DNA of 64,000 nucleotides, from contig JAAXOC010000089.1 of assembly GCA_014237145.1 (NCBI GenBank), forward strand, positions 6,324 to 70,323, given 5' to 3'. The notes under the pieces are model-generated. The model made no database searches, was not told the DNA's origin, and saw only the letters and a program-made list of their open reading frames with translations. This document shows positions 50,177-60,257 of this stretch, piece by piece; the stretch's first letter is position 1, and the number at the start of each line of letters is the position of its first letter. The translations under genes and the position numbers were made by a program. Origin of the DNA: ANME-2 cluster archaeon. GTDB lineage: Archaea; Halobacteriota; Methanosarcinia; Methanosarcinales; Methanocomedenaceae.

Positions 50177-51067
50177 CTACTTGTATCGAGATACTTTTGA
50201 GGCCCTGGGATCGATCTCGATTATCTGGATACCATCCCTGTAGACCCTGACTATTCCATCGCTCTCAGATGTAGTGACTGCTATTGCTTCCGTGTCCCGT
50301 GTGATGGCTGCGGCTGAAGCGTGCCGACCGCCCAGGCCTTTAACCATCTCCACTTCCCTTGCATTGACATCAAGATACCGGCCAGCTGCATGGATATATC
50401 CGTGGCTGTCCATGACAAATATCCCGTCCAGCTGGGCAAATTCCTTAACAGTCTCCCATTTTGCAGGATCGCGGATATTGAGTTCTTCTTTAGGATGGCC
50501 AAAAAAGGGATTCAACACAAGCTGGTGGGAACGTTTCATTACCTCTTCCATGTCACCGATTATAAAAGCAGTGCCCACAGGTTTTCCTTCCCTGCCATAT
50601 GCGCCCAGGTCCATGGCGATCATCAGGACAGATTTTAGGATATTCAGGTTGACCCGCTCCGAGCATGCCCTTAGTTCTTTAACTACAGGATTGGCTTTCA
50701 GGTCATGCACGACAATACTGGTTGTTTCGCCGTGTGAGACGATGCCCACTACGTGGTCTGCTGCCAGCATATTAGCAATAAATGCAATAACTGAAGCATC
50801 ACTTATGCGTTCTGACCCCAATGTTCCTTTATAATAAAGTGTCTCGGAGATGGCCTGGAGCCGCCCTGTGGAATCTTTTCCTTCTTCCACATTACTGGCT
50901 TCAAGGAGGTGATCGGCCGCCATCATTGCAGATGTGGAAGCAAGCATGACAGGGATATGGGTATCAATCTCAAGGGGCAGGTCGTTTGACATTATTATTA
51001 TGGCAGACGCAGATATCTCTTCGGCGATATTTACTGCGCTTTGGATTAAAAAGCTTTTTTCAACCAT
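50177..51067 (-). CDS. dacZ: diadenylate cyclase (DacZ-like)
   Basis: GREGKPVGT.F, KEFAQLDG, GLGGRH, SESDG. Confidence 0.85.
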   Translation of the reverse strand: MVEKSFLIQSAVNIAEEISASAIIIMSNDLPLEIDTHIPVMLASTSAMMAADHLLEASNVEEGKDSTGRLQAISETLYYKGTLGSERISDASVIAFIANMLAADHVVGIVSHGETTSIVVHDLKANPVVKELRACSERVNLNILKSVLMIAMDLGAYGREGKPVGTAFIIGDMEEVMKRSHQLVLNPFFGHPKEELNIRDPAKWETVKEFAQLDGIFVMDSHGYIHAAGRYLDVNAREVEMVKGLGGRHASAAAITRDTEAIAVTTSESDGIVRVYRDGIQIIEIDPRASKVSRYK

Positions 51068-51206
51068 AAGTAATTGCCCCTGCTTGTTCGTTCATTTGAT
51101 GCTCATCTTATCAACTTTAAATTATTTATATTAATCCTAAATCTTGTTTTTTCCACATCAATACACAGGAATATACCACTGGTTTATACCTATATTCACT
51201 ATCAAT

Positions 51207-51278
51207 TATTCCTGATATGTCCACTATTCCTGATATGTCCATTGTCACTGATATGCCCACTATCCCTGATATGTACGC
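51207..51278 (+). repeat. 4 x 18-bp degenerate tandem repeat
   Basis: TATTCCTGATATGTCCAC-like units at 51207, 51225, 51243, 51261. Confidence 0.75.
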
Positions 51279-51325
51279 ATAAAGGTCTGCTCAGATATCA
51301 GCCGAATTGTTTCCCGAGTGTCACA

Positions 51326-52261
51326 TCAAATCGGAAGCTGCATGGGTTCACCATCAAGATATACAGTGGGTCCGGTAATGATACCATCCAGGTGTATGCC
51401 TGCCACCACATCCCCGCCGAAGGCGCTGTTATCACCCAGGGCCACATGGACGGTGCCAGCCACTTTTTCATCCTCAAGTACATTGCCGATGAGATGTGCC
51501 TCCGGATTAATGCCGATACCCAGTTCTGCCAGGTTGCGGCCTGGTGGTCCAACACTATCGATCATTTCAATGAGCTTACCAGACGACTCACCCGTAATAT
51601 CAGTGGCCTGCCCGTCTTCGATCTTAATGGTCAGGGGCGAGTTTAGTATGCCAAGCCCGCTCATGGAACCATCCACCACAAAAACGCCATTGCCGCTTTT
51701 CGGGGCCACGAATACTTCACCAGCAGGCAGGTTAGTGGAATAACCCGGTTCATGGCAGATACCATGGTCAACCATCCATTCACATCCTTTTACATTAAAA
51801 ACAATATCAGTACCAATGTCGGTGGTTATCCTCACTTCATTCACACTGTCGAGCCTGGATTTCAGTTCAAAAGCAGTATCCTTTACAGACAGGTAATCGG
51901 CAGAAATGCCGCCCGATTCCATCATCTCAAGGCTTATCCCAGGCATGGTGGCTATACGTACGCCAGCCATTTTGGCATTGATCTTGGCCTGGGTATGGGT
52001 CAGGGACTTGCTGGTGGGCGCCAGTACAACGTCGGCAGCAGCCATTGCCTCTGCCACGGCCGGGGGTGGTTCCTGGCCGTGTACCTCCCTTGGCTCTATG
52101 TTCATAAATATAGGGTCACAGCCCAGCTCTAAGGCCCTGTCATACAATGCGCTGGCAATTGAAGGATGCGTGGCAGTATCTGTAATTATAAGTACAACCT
52201 CTTCAGGTTTCACTGCCATACAGGTTTCAAGTACGGTGCAAGTGCTGTTTTTTAGTGACAT
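51326..52261 (-). CDS. aminopeptidase (M29 / aminopeptidase T family)
   Basis: NLPAGEVFVAP, AELGIGIN, EDEK..GTVHVALG, HLD. Confidence 0.88.
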   Translation of the reverse strand: MSLKNSTCTVLETCMAVKPEEVVLIITDTATHPSIASALYDRALELGCDPIFMNIEPREVHGQEPPPAVAEAMAAADVVLAPTSKSLTHTQAKINAKMAGVRIATMPGISLEMMESGGISADYLSVKDTAFELKSRLDSVNEVRITTDIGTDIVFNVKGCEWMVDHGICHEPGYSTNLPAGEVFVAPKSGNGVFVVDGSMSGLGILNSPLTIKIEDGQATDITGESSGKLIEMIDSVGPPGRNLAELGIGINPEAHLIGNVLEDEKVAGTVHVALGDNSAFGGDVVAGIHLDGIITGPTVYLDGEPMQLPI

Positions 52262-52548
52262 GATTAATACTTTCCAGTGAGACTATCGGTAAAGCTTGAT
52301 TTTTAAACGTATAAGAAAGTATATACTTTCCTGCAGGCTTAGAAAATGGAAACGAAGTGAGCATTTTCTTGACATTTCACCTTTAGTGTCTAACCTTGAC
52401 AGCATATAGCTTTGTGCCTGGCACAGAGTCCAATTAATAAAGAACGAAAAATACAGTTGTATAAATAATTGGCTATGAATATCGGGTAATCCAAAATTTT
52501 ACCGATACCGATATATATTACAATATCCTATATCGGATAAGTAAAATC

Positions 52549-53493
52549 ATGTCTAATACCGATACCTCATTAATTCAGGAAAGTGTCCTTTCACATATTA
52601 ATGAAAAAATACAAATGTTGAATTCAAAACGGCCTCTACCAGTTGATGCTGTAAACAAATTACAAAAAGAGATTCGACTTTACCATACATACCATTCAAA
52701 TGCTATAGAAGGAAATACCCTTACACTTCCAGAGACAAAAATTGTTCTCGAAGAAGGCATAACAATCGGTGGAAAGTCAATAAAGGATCATCTCGAAGCT
52801 ACCAATAATGCAAAGGCGTTTGATTTATTGGAAGACATCGCTAAAAGCAATAAAGGAATAGATCATGTTGTTATACAGCATATCCATGAAATTGTTACTG
52901 CTGGTATTCTTGAGGAGGCAGGAAAATATCGTACTAAAAATGTAAGAATAACCGGTGCGATAAAAACACCTCCTGACTGGTCAAAAGTCATCATACTATT
53001 GGATGAATTGATCAATAAGATCGATCAAAGTAACATGCATCCTATTGAAACTGTTGCTTTTCTTCATCATAGATTTGTAGAGATTCATCCATTCATAGAT
53101 GGTAATGGGAGAGTAGCACGTTTGCTGACTAATTTATACTTAATTACCAAAGGTTATCCCCCTATAGTTATAACGACAGAAAATAGAAGGAAATATTATA
53201 AATTCCTTAAGTCGGCAGATAATGGAAACCTATCCCCGTTTGTTAATTTCATTGCTAAAGCTGTAGATGAGAGCATTACAATGTATCTGTCAATCTTCGG
53301 TGGAACTGATGAATTGCTGCCTCTAAAAGAACTTGCTAAGGAAACTACATATTCTCAGGAATACTTGAGCCTCCGGGCCAGACAGGGAGTTTTGGATGCA
53401 GTCAAGATTGGGAGAGTATGGTATTCATCAAAACGTGCTTTAAAAGAATACAGATTACAAAATGTTATTCCAAAAAGAAAATTAAACTTGTAA
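52549..53493 (+). CDS. Fic family protein with C-terminal HTH
   Basis: SNAIEGN inhibitory motif, HPFIDGNGR. Confidence 0.92.
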   Translation: MSNTDTSLIQESVLSHINEKIQMLNSKRPLPVDAVNKLQKEIRLYHTYHSNAIEGNTLTLPETKIVLEEGITIGGKSIKDHLEATNNAKAFDLLEDIAKSNKGIDHVVIQHIHEIVTAGILEEAGKYRTKNVRITGAIKTPPDWSKVIILLDELINKIDQSNMHPIETVAFLHHRFVEIHPFIDGNGRVARLLTNLYLITKGYPPIVITTENRRKYYKFLKSADNGNLSPFVNFIAKAVDESITMYLSIFGGTDELLPLKELAKETTYSQEYLSLRARQGVLDAVKIGRVWYSSKRALKEYRLQNVIPKRKLNL

Positions 53494-53687
53494 ATTCAAT
53501 CGATTTATTTCAATTCTATTGGAATTTTATAGACCGGTTGCTTAAAGAGGGTACACCGGCAATACTCTCCGAACGCGGCGTGCCCCCTGTCCGTAAGGTG
53601 GAGCATAGTATGGAGCTTTTTCCCGCACCAGCATAAAAAGGTTTAACAAACCCAAAATGCAAAAAATACTAATGCTTATAATCCACT

Positions 53688-53903
53688 ATGACCACAATAC
53701 AGGTAAGCAATACCCTTCACAATGAACTAATCAAGAGAAAACTCTTTGACAGGGAGACATACGAAGAAGTTATCTGGGACCTGATAGAGGACACAAGTGA
53801 ATTGAACGACCAGACAAAAAGAGATATCGAAAAAGCCAGATCTGAAATAAAAGCCGGAAAGGTCCACACACTTGCACAGGTCAAGAAAGAGCTGGGATTA
53901 TGA
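53688..53903 (+). CDS. antitoxin-like protein followed by truncated RelE-like start
   Basis: MTTIQVS...ETYEEVI..LIE; ATGA overlap with MTYGIIFSDSALKQ, cut off near 53945. Confidence 0.6.
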   Translation: MTTIQVSNTLHNELIKRKLFDRETYEEVIWDLIEDTSELNDQTKRDIEKARSEIKAGKVHTLAQVKKELGL

Positions 53904-54027
53904 CATACGGGATCATATTCTCAGATAGTGCATTAAAACAAGAACAAAATCCTCCCTTTGGTCGGATTTTCTAAGTTCCCGATAGTTTCTCCACCACTTC
54001 CATTTCAATACCGCTTTTATCCCTTCT

Positions 54028-55971
54028 TCACTCCTTCTCAAGCATCCTCGCCTTCTCGACAAAAGCCAGAACCGTAATAACAAAAGTGGCATGAGCCCAT
54101 GTAAGCGGGCTGACACTTAAAGGACTTCCGTCAAAAGGATTCAACTGCTCCGCTAAAATACCGGTCTGGGTAGCACGATCGGTGACCCATAGCAAGATCT
54201 CCTCTGGTTTTTCCAGGTCGCTAATGCTCTCTGCTTTCTGGATATACCACTGGGCGACCCATAGTGTACAAATAAACCAGGGATTGCCTGGTATTTTCTC
54301 AGTATCGTACTCTAATACTTGGTGATACTTATCCCCATAGAACCGGGCAATGCCCCCTATATCCGTTTTTACAGAGAGTTTCTCCTCAATAGCCTTCATG
54401 GTATTGACCACCCTCACATCATCCGGGGGCAGCACCTTGAACTGTGAAAGGGCATACAGGCTGGCATCAACTGTCTCATCCCACGGATCGATGCTGCGCA
54501 GGAACCGCCCCAGTTCTTCATCATACAGATGTGTCTCGATCCCTGTTTTTATCTCATCGGCAGCCGTGCTGTATTTCCCTGCAAGGTCATTATCCCCGTA
54601 CAACCGTGCAAACCCTGCTGCACACTTCAGGCCTGCGTATACGGTCGAAGATGTATAGGTATGGACAGCCCTATGCTCCTCCCATAAGTTATAACTGGGT
54701 TTTGGAAGCCCGGTTGCAGGATCCCGGTACCTTGTCATGAAATCAGCAGCCGGTTTTACCATAGAATTATAGAGCTTATCGATCATTGCAATAGATCTGG
54801 TAGCTTTATAGTGGTTCCACAGGGACACGATTATAAGGGCAGTACTATCTTCCTGTATTGGAAGCTGTATATGTCCCTCAGGGGTGAGCCAGGGCATCCA
54901 GCCACTTGCAAGTGTACCTGTAGGATTGTATTTTTGCAGGAAATACCCATGCTCACTGATAAGGTCTTGACAGTACTCGAAAAAATTAGACACAATTCCG
55001 GAATAACGTGCCATGTCCAGCGACATGGCAATGAATGCACTGTCCCGCGGCCACATATAACTGTATGAATCCATGTTGAACCGTTCAAGGATGTCACTAT
55101 CATTGGCAGCGATGATCGCCCCTCCATTGTCGATCTGCGACCGTACTATAAGCAGGCTGTGTTTGAACAGGTCTGCCACCTTTGCTGGAAGGTCAAAAAA
55201 GTCATATTTCTCTTTATTGACCCATGAATGAAAGTACTGCCTGGTTTCGGCCATCATTTGTTCAGGAGTTCTTTCAAGTACCAGTTCATTGAGCCCCTTG
55301 ACATCATAAAATGTTTTTCCGGCCGCTATCCAGTAATACAGTGTTTTTGTCTCACCGGCTGCAAGATGCTGGGAGAACCTGATAAAACTGTTCACTGCTC
55401 CTACCTGGATTGAGTTCATATTAAGCTCTGCCGAGTGTATCATACCAGATTTGTTCTCTCCTTTGGGTCCTATCTCATACTGGTCGAAGTGTGGTGAGCC
55501 ATTGATAAGGAAATAGCGGCAGCGCTGGTAATGTATTATTGACTGCACTGCAGGATCATACACTCCTGTATCCCCCATCGGGTTCTCGTAAAGTGCAATG
55601 TCATGGGAGAAAAGCAGCTTTAGCTCGATATCCTCTGTGTCAGTATTGGTTATTACTATCCTGCGAATGAACACGTTCTCGAAAGGATGCACGCATTCGT
55701 TGAACCTCAAATTAATATCGAGCCGGTCGTTGCGGTAATAGGAGTCGGTTACTAATGTATCTTTCTTATAACCAAGTCTTGAGACCCAGTCATCTCCTAT
55801 CAGGGATACCAGGTCCTTGTTTTTCCCTTCGACCATCACTCCTACCCGGCAGTGGTGGCCGTTTACGTGGTTCTCATCCCCCACACGAGGAAAGTACATA
55901 TCCCGTATGCTTGCGTTCCTGTCAAGGTTCACTAACAGGGACCCATTTCCGATAACAAGAGGTTTTGGCAT
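54028..55971 (-). CDS. glycoside hydrolase family 15 (glucoamylase/trehalase-like)
   Basis: YSYMWPRD, QED, LWEE, LAEQ, SPLTWAH. Confidence 0.92.
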   Translation of the reverse strand: MPKPLVIGNGSLLVNLDRNASIRDMYFPRVGDENHVNGHHCRVGVMVEGKNKDLVSLIGDDWVSRLGYKKDTLVTDSYYRNDRLDINLRFNECVHPFENVFIRRIVITNTDTEDIELKLLFSHDIALYENPMGDTGVYDPAVQSIIHYQRCRYFLINGSPHFDQYEIGPKGENKSGMIHSAELNMNSIQVGAVNSFIRFSQHLAAGETKTLYYWIAAGKTFYDVKGLNELVLERTPEQMMAETRQYFHSWVNKEKYDFFDLPAKVADLFKHSLLIVRSQIDNGGAIIAANDSDILERFNMDSYSYMWPRDSAFIAMSLDMARYSGIVSNFFEYCQDLISEHGYFLQKYNPTGTLASGWMPWLTPEGHIQLPIQEDSTALIIVSLWNHYKATRSIAMIDKLYNSMVKPAADFMTRYRDPATGLPKPSYNLWEEHRAVHTYTSSTVYAGLKCAAGFARLYGDNDLAGKYSTAADEIKTGIETHLYDEELGRFLRSIDPWDETVDASLYALSQFKVLPPDDVRVVNTMKAIEEKLSVKTDIGGIARFYGDKYHQVLEYDTEKIPGNPWFICTLWVAQWYIQKAESISDLEKPEEILLWVTDRATQTGILAEQLNPFDGSPLSVSPLTWAHATFVITVLAFVEKARMLEKE

Positions 55972-56009
55972 TGTATCATAACCTTTAATGTAGATTACTT
56001 CTATAATAG

Positions 56010-56695
56010 TAGTTATTAAGTGATAGTTATTAAGTGATAGTTATTAAGTGATAGTTATTAAGTGATAGTTATTAAGTGATAGTTATTAAGTGATAGTTAT
56101 TAAGTGATAGTTATTAAGTGATAGTTATTAAGTGATAGTTATTAAGTGATAGTTATTAAGTGATAGTTATTAAGTGATAGTTATTAAGTGATAGTTATTA
56201 AGTGATAGTTATTAAGTGATAGTTATTAAGTGATAGTTATTAAGTGATAGTTATTAAGTGATAGTTATTAAGTGATAGTTATTAAGTGATAGTTATTAAG
56301 TGATAGTTATTAAGTGATAGTTATTAAGTGATAGTTATTAAGTGATAGTTATTAAGTGATAGTTATTAAGTGATAGTTATTAAGTGATAGTTATTAAGTG
56401 ATAGTTATTAAGTGATAGTTATTAAGTGATAGTTATTAAGTGATAGTTATTAAGTGATAGTTATTAAGTGATAGTTATTAAGTGATAGTTATTAAGTGAT
56501 AGTTATTAAGTGATAGTTATTAAGTGATAGTTATTAAGTGATAGTTATTAAGTGATAGTTATTAAGTGATAGTTATTAAGTGATAGTTATTAAGTGATAG
56601 TTATTAAGTGATAGTTATTAAGTGATAGTTATTAAGTGATAGTTATTAAGTGATAGTTATTAAGTGATAGTTATTAAGTGATAGTTATTTAGTGA
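56010..56695 (+). repeat. tandem array (TAGTTATTAAGTGA) x49
   Basis: 48 identical 14-bp units plus one single-mismatch terminal unit; no spacers. Confidence 0.97.
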
Positions 56696-56805
56696 TTGAA
56701 ATTAGGGGTTTTTCAATTCTATACAGTATATTACTTCATATACTTTAGTAACTGCGAGCGTTAGTGAGCAATTAATTGTGCACTACCCCTCAGGAAGACA
56801 GATAA

Positions 56806-58350
56806 ATGACAACAAAGCAGCAAAAAACAGATGATATAAGTGTAGGTTTTCTCTCGTATGAATTTCCACCAAAAATTTTTGGAGGAGTTGGGGTACATGT
56901 GACCGAACTGGCAAGACATCTTGCAGAGAGTATCCGGCAAGTGCATGTGTTCACATCACATGTGGAAGGATTGGACTGCCAGAAAGCAGGAAGTGTGTTT
57001 GTGCACAGGTCATCTAAACCTTTAGTACCTGTATCGGACCGTTCCTATAATATGTTTGAAAGGATATTGAACAATTTCAATGTGGCCGGGATGATGGATA
57101 AACATCCTTTAAATAATAATAAACTTGACCTGCTGAATTCACAAGAAGAATTGGTCCGGATGGCTGCAACAGAAGCTAAAAATGACACCGGACTGCTTCC
57201 AGTGGTGACTTCGCACAATACCGATGTTAACAAGCTCAAACCAGACCGGCTGGGCGTTGTTATGGGGCAGAATGTGGTGGATAAGGTGGGCAGGTTCACT
57301 GCAGTATCGAAATACATGCGAACGGAACTTGACCAGACCTTTGGTATTGCGTCACATGTTGAAGGATTGGATGGCCAGAAGGCAGGAAGTGTGTATGTTT
57401 CAAAGTCATCTAAACCTTTATTACCTGCATCGAACTATTCAAGTAAGGATTTTGAAAGGGTCATGACAAATTTCAATGTAGCCGGAATGGTGGAGAAACA
57501 TCTTTCCAGTGCAGGACTTGACCTGCTGCATTCACATGGAGGATTGATCCAGCTGGCTGCAACAGAAGCTAAAAATGACACAGGACTACCCCTGGTGATG
57601 ACAGCTCACAGTACCGAGATCAACAGGCTCAGGCCAGATCGGCTGAGTGTTGTTATGGAGCATAATGTGGTGGATAAAGTGGACAGGTTCATTGCAGTAT
57701 CAGGATATATGCGAAGGGAACTTAACCAGACATTTGGTATCAATTACAACAAGATCACTGTCATACCAAACGGCGTGGATACTGCGATCTTCAAACACCA
57801 GAAAGCGGATGATATCCGCAGGAAATACCAGCTTGATAACAGGTTTGTCGTGCTCTTCGTCGGCAGGGATGACCCGCAAAAGGGTGTGAAGTACCTGGTC
57901 AATGCCGTGAAGAATCTTGCTAAGCAGATACCTGAGATCATGCTTGTCATGGTCGGCCATCAGGATATTTATAATGATAAAAATATCCTCTGCCTCCCGC
58001 GTGTTAGCAGGAGCGAACTCGTCAAGTTACATTCCCTTTCCGATGTGTTCGTGCTGCCCAGTGTCTATGAGCCGTTCGGTATTGTCCTCCTGGAGGCCAT
58101 GGCATGTGAAACCCCGTGTATTGGAATCCGGACTGGCGGGATGCCTGATATCATAGACCATGACAGGACAGGGCTTCTGGTGGAGCCGAGGAGTGATGAG
58201 GGTATTTCAGAGGCGATCGCCAGGTTATACCACGACCCTGAAAAGCGGTACAGAATGGGTAAAAAAGGAAGGGACAAGGTAATCTCAGACTTTAGCTGGA
58301 AGGATATTTCGGATAAGACCATTAAAGTATACCAGCAGGTACTGCATTAG
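56806..58350 (+). CDS. glycosyltransferase family 4 (glycogen synthase-like) with internal duplication
   Basis: EFPP..FGGVG, PS.YEPFGIVLLEAMA; ~132-aa tandem duplication. Confidence 0.88.
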   Translation: MTTKQQKTDDISVGFLSYEFPPKIFGGVGVHVTELARHLAESIRQVHVFTSHVEGLDCQKAGSVFVHRSSKPLVPVSDRSYNMFERILNNFNVAGMMDKHPLNNNKLDLLNSQEELVRMAATEAKNDTGLLPVVTSHNTDVNKLKPDRLGVVMGQNVVDKVGRFTAVSKYMRTELDQTFGIASHVEGLDGQKAGSVYVSKSSKPLLPASNYSSKDFERVMTNFNVAGMVEKHLSSAGLDLLHSHGGLIQLAATEAKNDTGLPLVMTAHSTEINRLRPDRLSVVMEHNVVDKVDRFIAVSGYMRRELNQTFGINYNKITVIPNGVDTAIFKHQKADDIRRKYQLDNRFVVLFVGRDDPQKGVKYLVNAVKNLAKQIPEIMLVMVGHQDIYNDKNILCLPRVSRSELVKLHSLSDVFVLPSVYEPFGIVLLEAMACETPCIGIRTGGMPDIIDHDRTGLLVEPRSDEGISEAIARLYHDPEKRYRMGKKGRDKVISDFSWKDISDKTIKVYQQVLH

Positions 58351-58515
58351 AGCTCTTCGTTCCAGATTTTTCAATCTATAGGAAAATATATACTTTCTTG
58401 AGGAAGGTCTGGTGAAATCGTAATATGGTTTTGGGATTGTACTGTTTACGACGTTTCTGGAAAGGTATTTCAATAGTGATCCACATATATTTCATTGATA
58501 ATATGAATTATCGGA

Positions 58516-58932
58516 GTGAAAATTATGGAATATCTTGGCATAACAATCACAGCTGATTCCACCAGTAAGGAGATCGTACCAATTGCAAAGGCAATCCATG
58601 AATTGTTGGGACTTCCCATCACCATGCGTACACTGAACAACCTGGGTGTGAGGATTGAAAAAGGTAAAGTACTGGACTATAAATATACCGGACCTACTCT
58701 GGAAAAGGCACTTGAGACCAACTCAACCATCAGGTCTATTCCAAAGACAGGAGATTATTCCAGCATACCTGTAGTGGTGACCACTATTAAAAATGAAGAC
58801 GGATATGGAATTGCTGCTATAGGAATTGTGGATGTGGTCGGTACTGTTGACCTGGGAGTAGCTTTTGGAAATTATCCTGAGATAGTAAACCAGGTAAGTG
58901 ATATCCTGAAATCCAGGGTAATCACACCTTAA
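58516..58932 (+). CDS. DUF2111 family methanogen protein
   Basis: AIH...LPITMR...GVRIEKG.V.D..YTGP.LE. Confidence 0.75.
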   Translation: MKIMEYLGITITADSTSKEIVPIAKAIHELLGLPITMRTLNNLGVRIEKGKVLDYKYTGPTLEKALETNSTIRSIPKTGDYSSIPVVVTTIKNEDGYGIAAIGIVDVVGTVDLGVAFGNYPEIVNQVSDILKSRVITP

Positions 58933-58949
58933 TACAGAGGGCAGTTATT

Positions 58950-59462
58950 CTATAGTTCCCATCTGTTATCTACAGGGAATTGTTCATTTATCCACATCAA
59001 GACACGCCCGCCGTGTATGATATAATATTCCCTGGACAGCACTGGGACGTCATTGAATATTCCCCCTCCCTTTTTCATTCCGATATTGAGGATATCCCTT
59101 CTGGTCTCTAACTTGTGTTTCCTCAATATCCGCCCTATTGGGATGTCGGCCCGTATCAGGTCAGCTTTCATGCCAGGAGGTATCAGGTCTATAGGGGCAA
59201 GTGAGCGGGCGAACACATAGGACATTCCCGAAACCTTAAGCACGACCTCCCTGTGGTTCACAGGGTCATTTTGCCTGATGTCCAGCAGTTCTGCCTCTGC
59301 TTCGGTGGCCTCTCCCACTTCCTGGATCCGGGTCACAACATCTACCTGCTGCTTTGTCATGACTTCCAGCAGGTATGTAACCGACCCGTCTGTTCCTGCA
59401 CATATTCGTAGGGTGGTTGGGATATCAAGGGTTGTTAGCTTGTCCAGGGGTCCGGGTTCCAT
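58950..59462 (-). CDS. chorismate lyase-like (DUF98/UTRA) protein
   Basis: TDGSVT.LLE, REV.L, ADIPIGRI, I.E.FP. Confidence 0.8.
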   Translation of the reverse strand: MEPGPLDKLTTLDIPTTLRICAGTDGSVTYLLEVMTKQQVDVVTRIQEVGEATEAEAELLDIRQNDPVNHREVVLKVSGMSYVFARSLAPIDLIPPGMKADLIRADIPIGRILRKHKLETRRDILNIGMKKGGGIFNDVPVLSREYYIIHGGRVLMWINEQFPVDNRWEL

Positions 59463-59486
59463 CCTCACACCTGAATTATGAAACAA

Positions 59487-59795
59487 TTATTCCCGGACTT
59501 CTTTTTTCGCCATGTTTCGCCGCTGTTTTGAAGTATAGCCGGTGGCATTATTCAGGAATTCCCTGAATCTCCTGTTGGTATCGAGTATTTCCTCGTCAGG
59601 GACGTTCGGGTTAGGCGTTGTGTCCACTCTTAACTTTTTATCTATAATACTGGCCTCAACACGCTGAAGTGCGCCGTAACTGACGATGAGTTTTCCATCC
59701 TCTTCGGTCACCGGAACCTGGAAACTGTCCTGCAATACTTCTTTTATGCGGTCCATTTCAGGCTTGAATCCTCGCTTTAACTTGTATTCCTGAAT
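59487..59795 (-). CDS. conserved archaeal protein (DUF5611-like), probable ATT start
   Basis: AGGTGA RBS then ATT CAG GAA TAC AAG TTA AAG CGA GGA; FL..ATGYTSKQR motif. Confidence 0.7.
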   Translation of the reverse strand: MQEYKLKRGFKPEMDRIKEVLQDSFQVPVTEEDGKLIVSYGALQRVEASIIDKKLRVDTTPNPNVPDEEILDTNRRFREFLNNATGYTSKQRRNMAKKEVRE

Positions 59796-59899
59796 TTATA
59801 TCACCTTTATGTGTCTGTTAATTGCATAGTGATAAAATACTTTGCATTTTTTCGTAGTGTGCCAGAATAACAAGATTTTAGAAGGAATGCCTGAAACAT

Positions 59900-60223
59900 T
59901 TAATGTGCTCCACCACTAAGATTTAACCCAATTACTCCAATTATTATCAGTCCAAGTGATATTATTTTCAGTGCAGTTACCGGTTCCTTGAACCACAATA
60001 TTCCCACAGTTACGATAAGTGCAGTTCCTATGCCTGCCCATATTGCATAAGCAACACTTACATCGATCTTTTTCAGGGCAAATGTCAATGAACCAAGGCT
60101 AAGCAAATAGAAGATGATCATTAATATTGACGGAACTGCTTTAGTGAAACCATAGGATAATTTCATGCATGTGGTGCCAGCCACTTCAAAAATTATTGCT
60201 ATAATCAAATAGAATAGACTCAA
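59900..60223 (-). CDS. SMR/DMT family transporter
   Basis: IIFEVAGT.CMK, VAYAIWAGIG; 4 TM helices. Confidence 0.9.
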   Translation of the reverse strand: MSLFYLIIAIIFEVAGTTCMKLSYGFTKAVPSILMIIFYLLSLGSLTFALKKIDVSVAYAIWAGIGTALIVTVGILWFKEPVTALKIISLGLIIIGVIGLNLSGGAH

Positions 60224-60257
60224 AAAATCACTCCTGTGATTTTACACAATAATATCA

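Noticed and set aside
51074..51646. 190-aa ORF with LICPL repeats
   Set aside because: Translation of the 18-bp repeat plus antisense overlap with the aminopeptidase gene
56010..56695. CRISPR array
   Set aside because: Units are contiguous 14-mers with no unique spacers, and no cas genes are present
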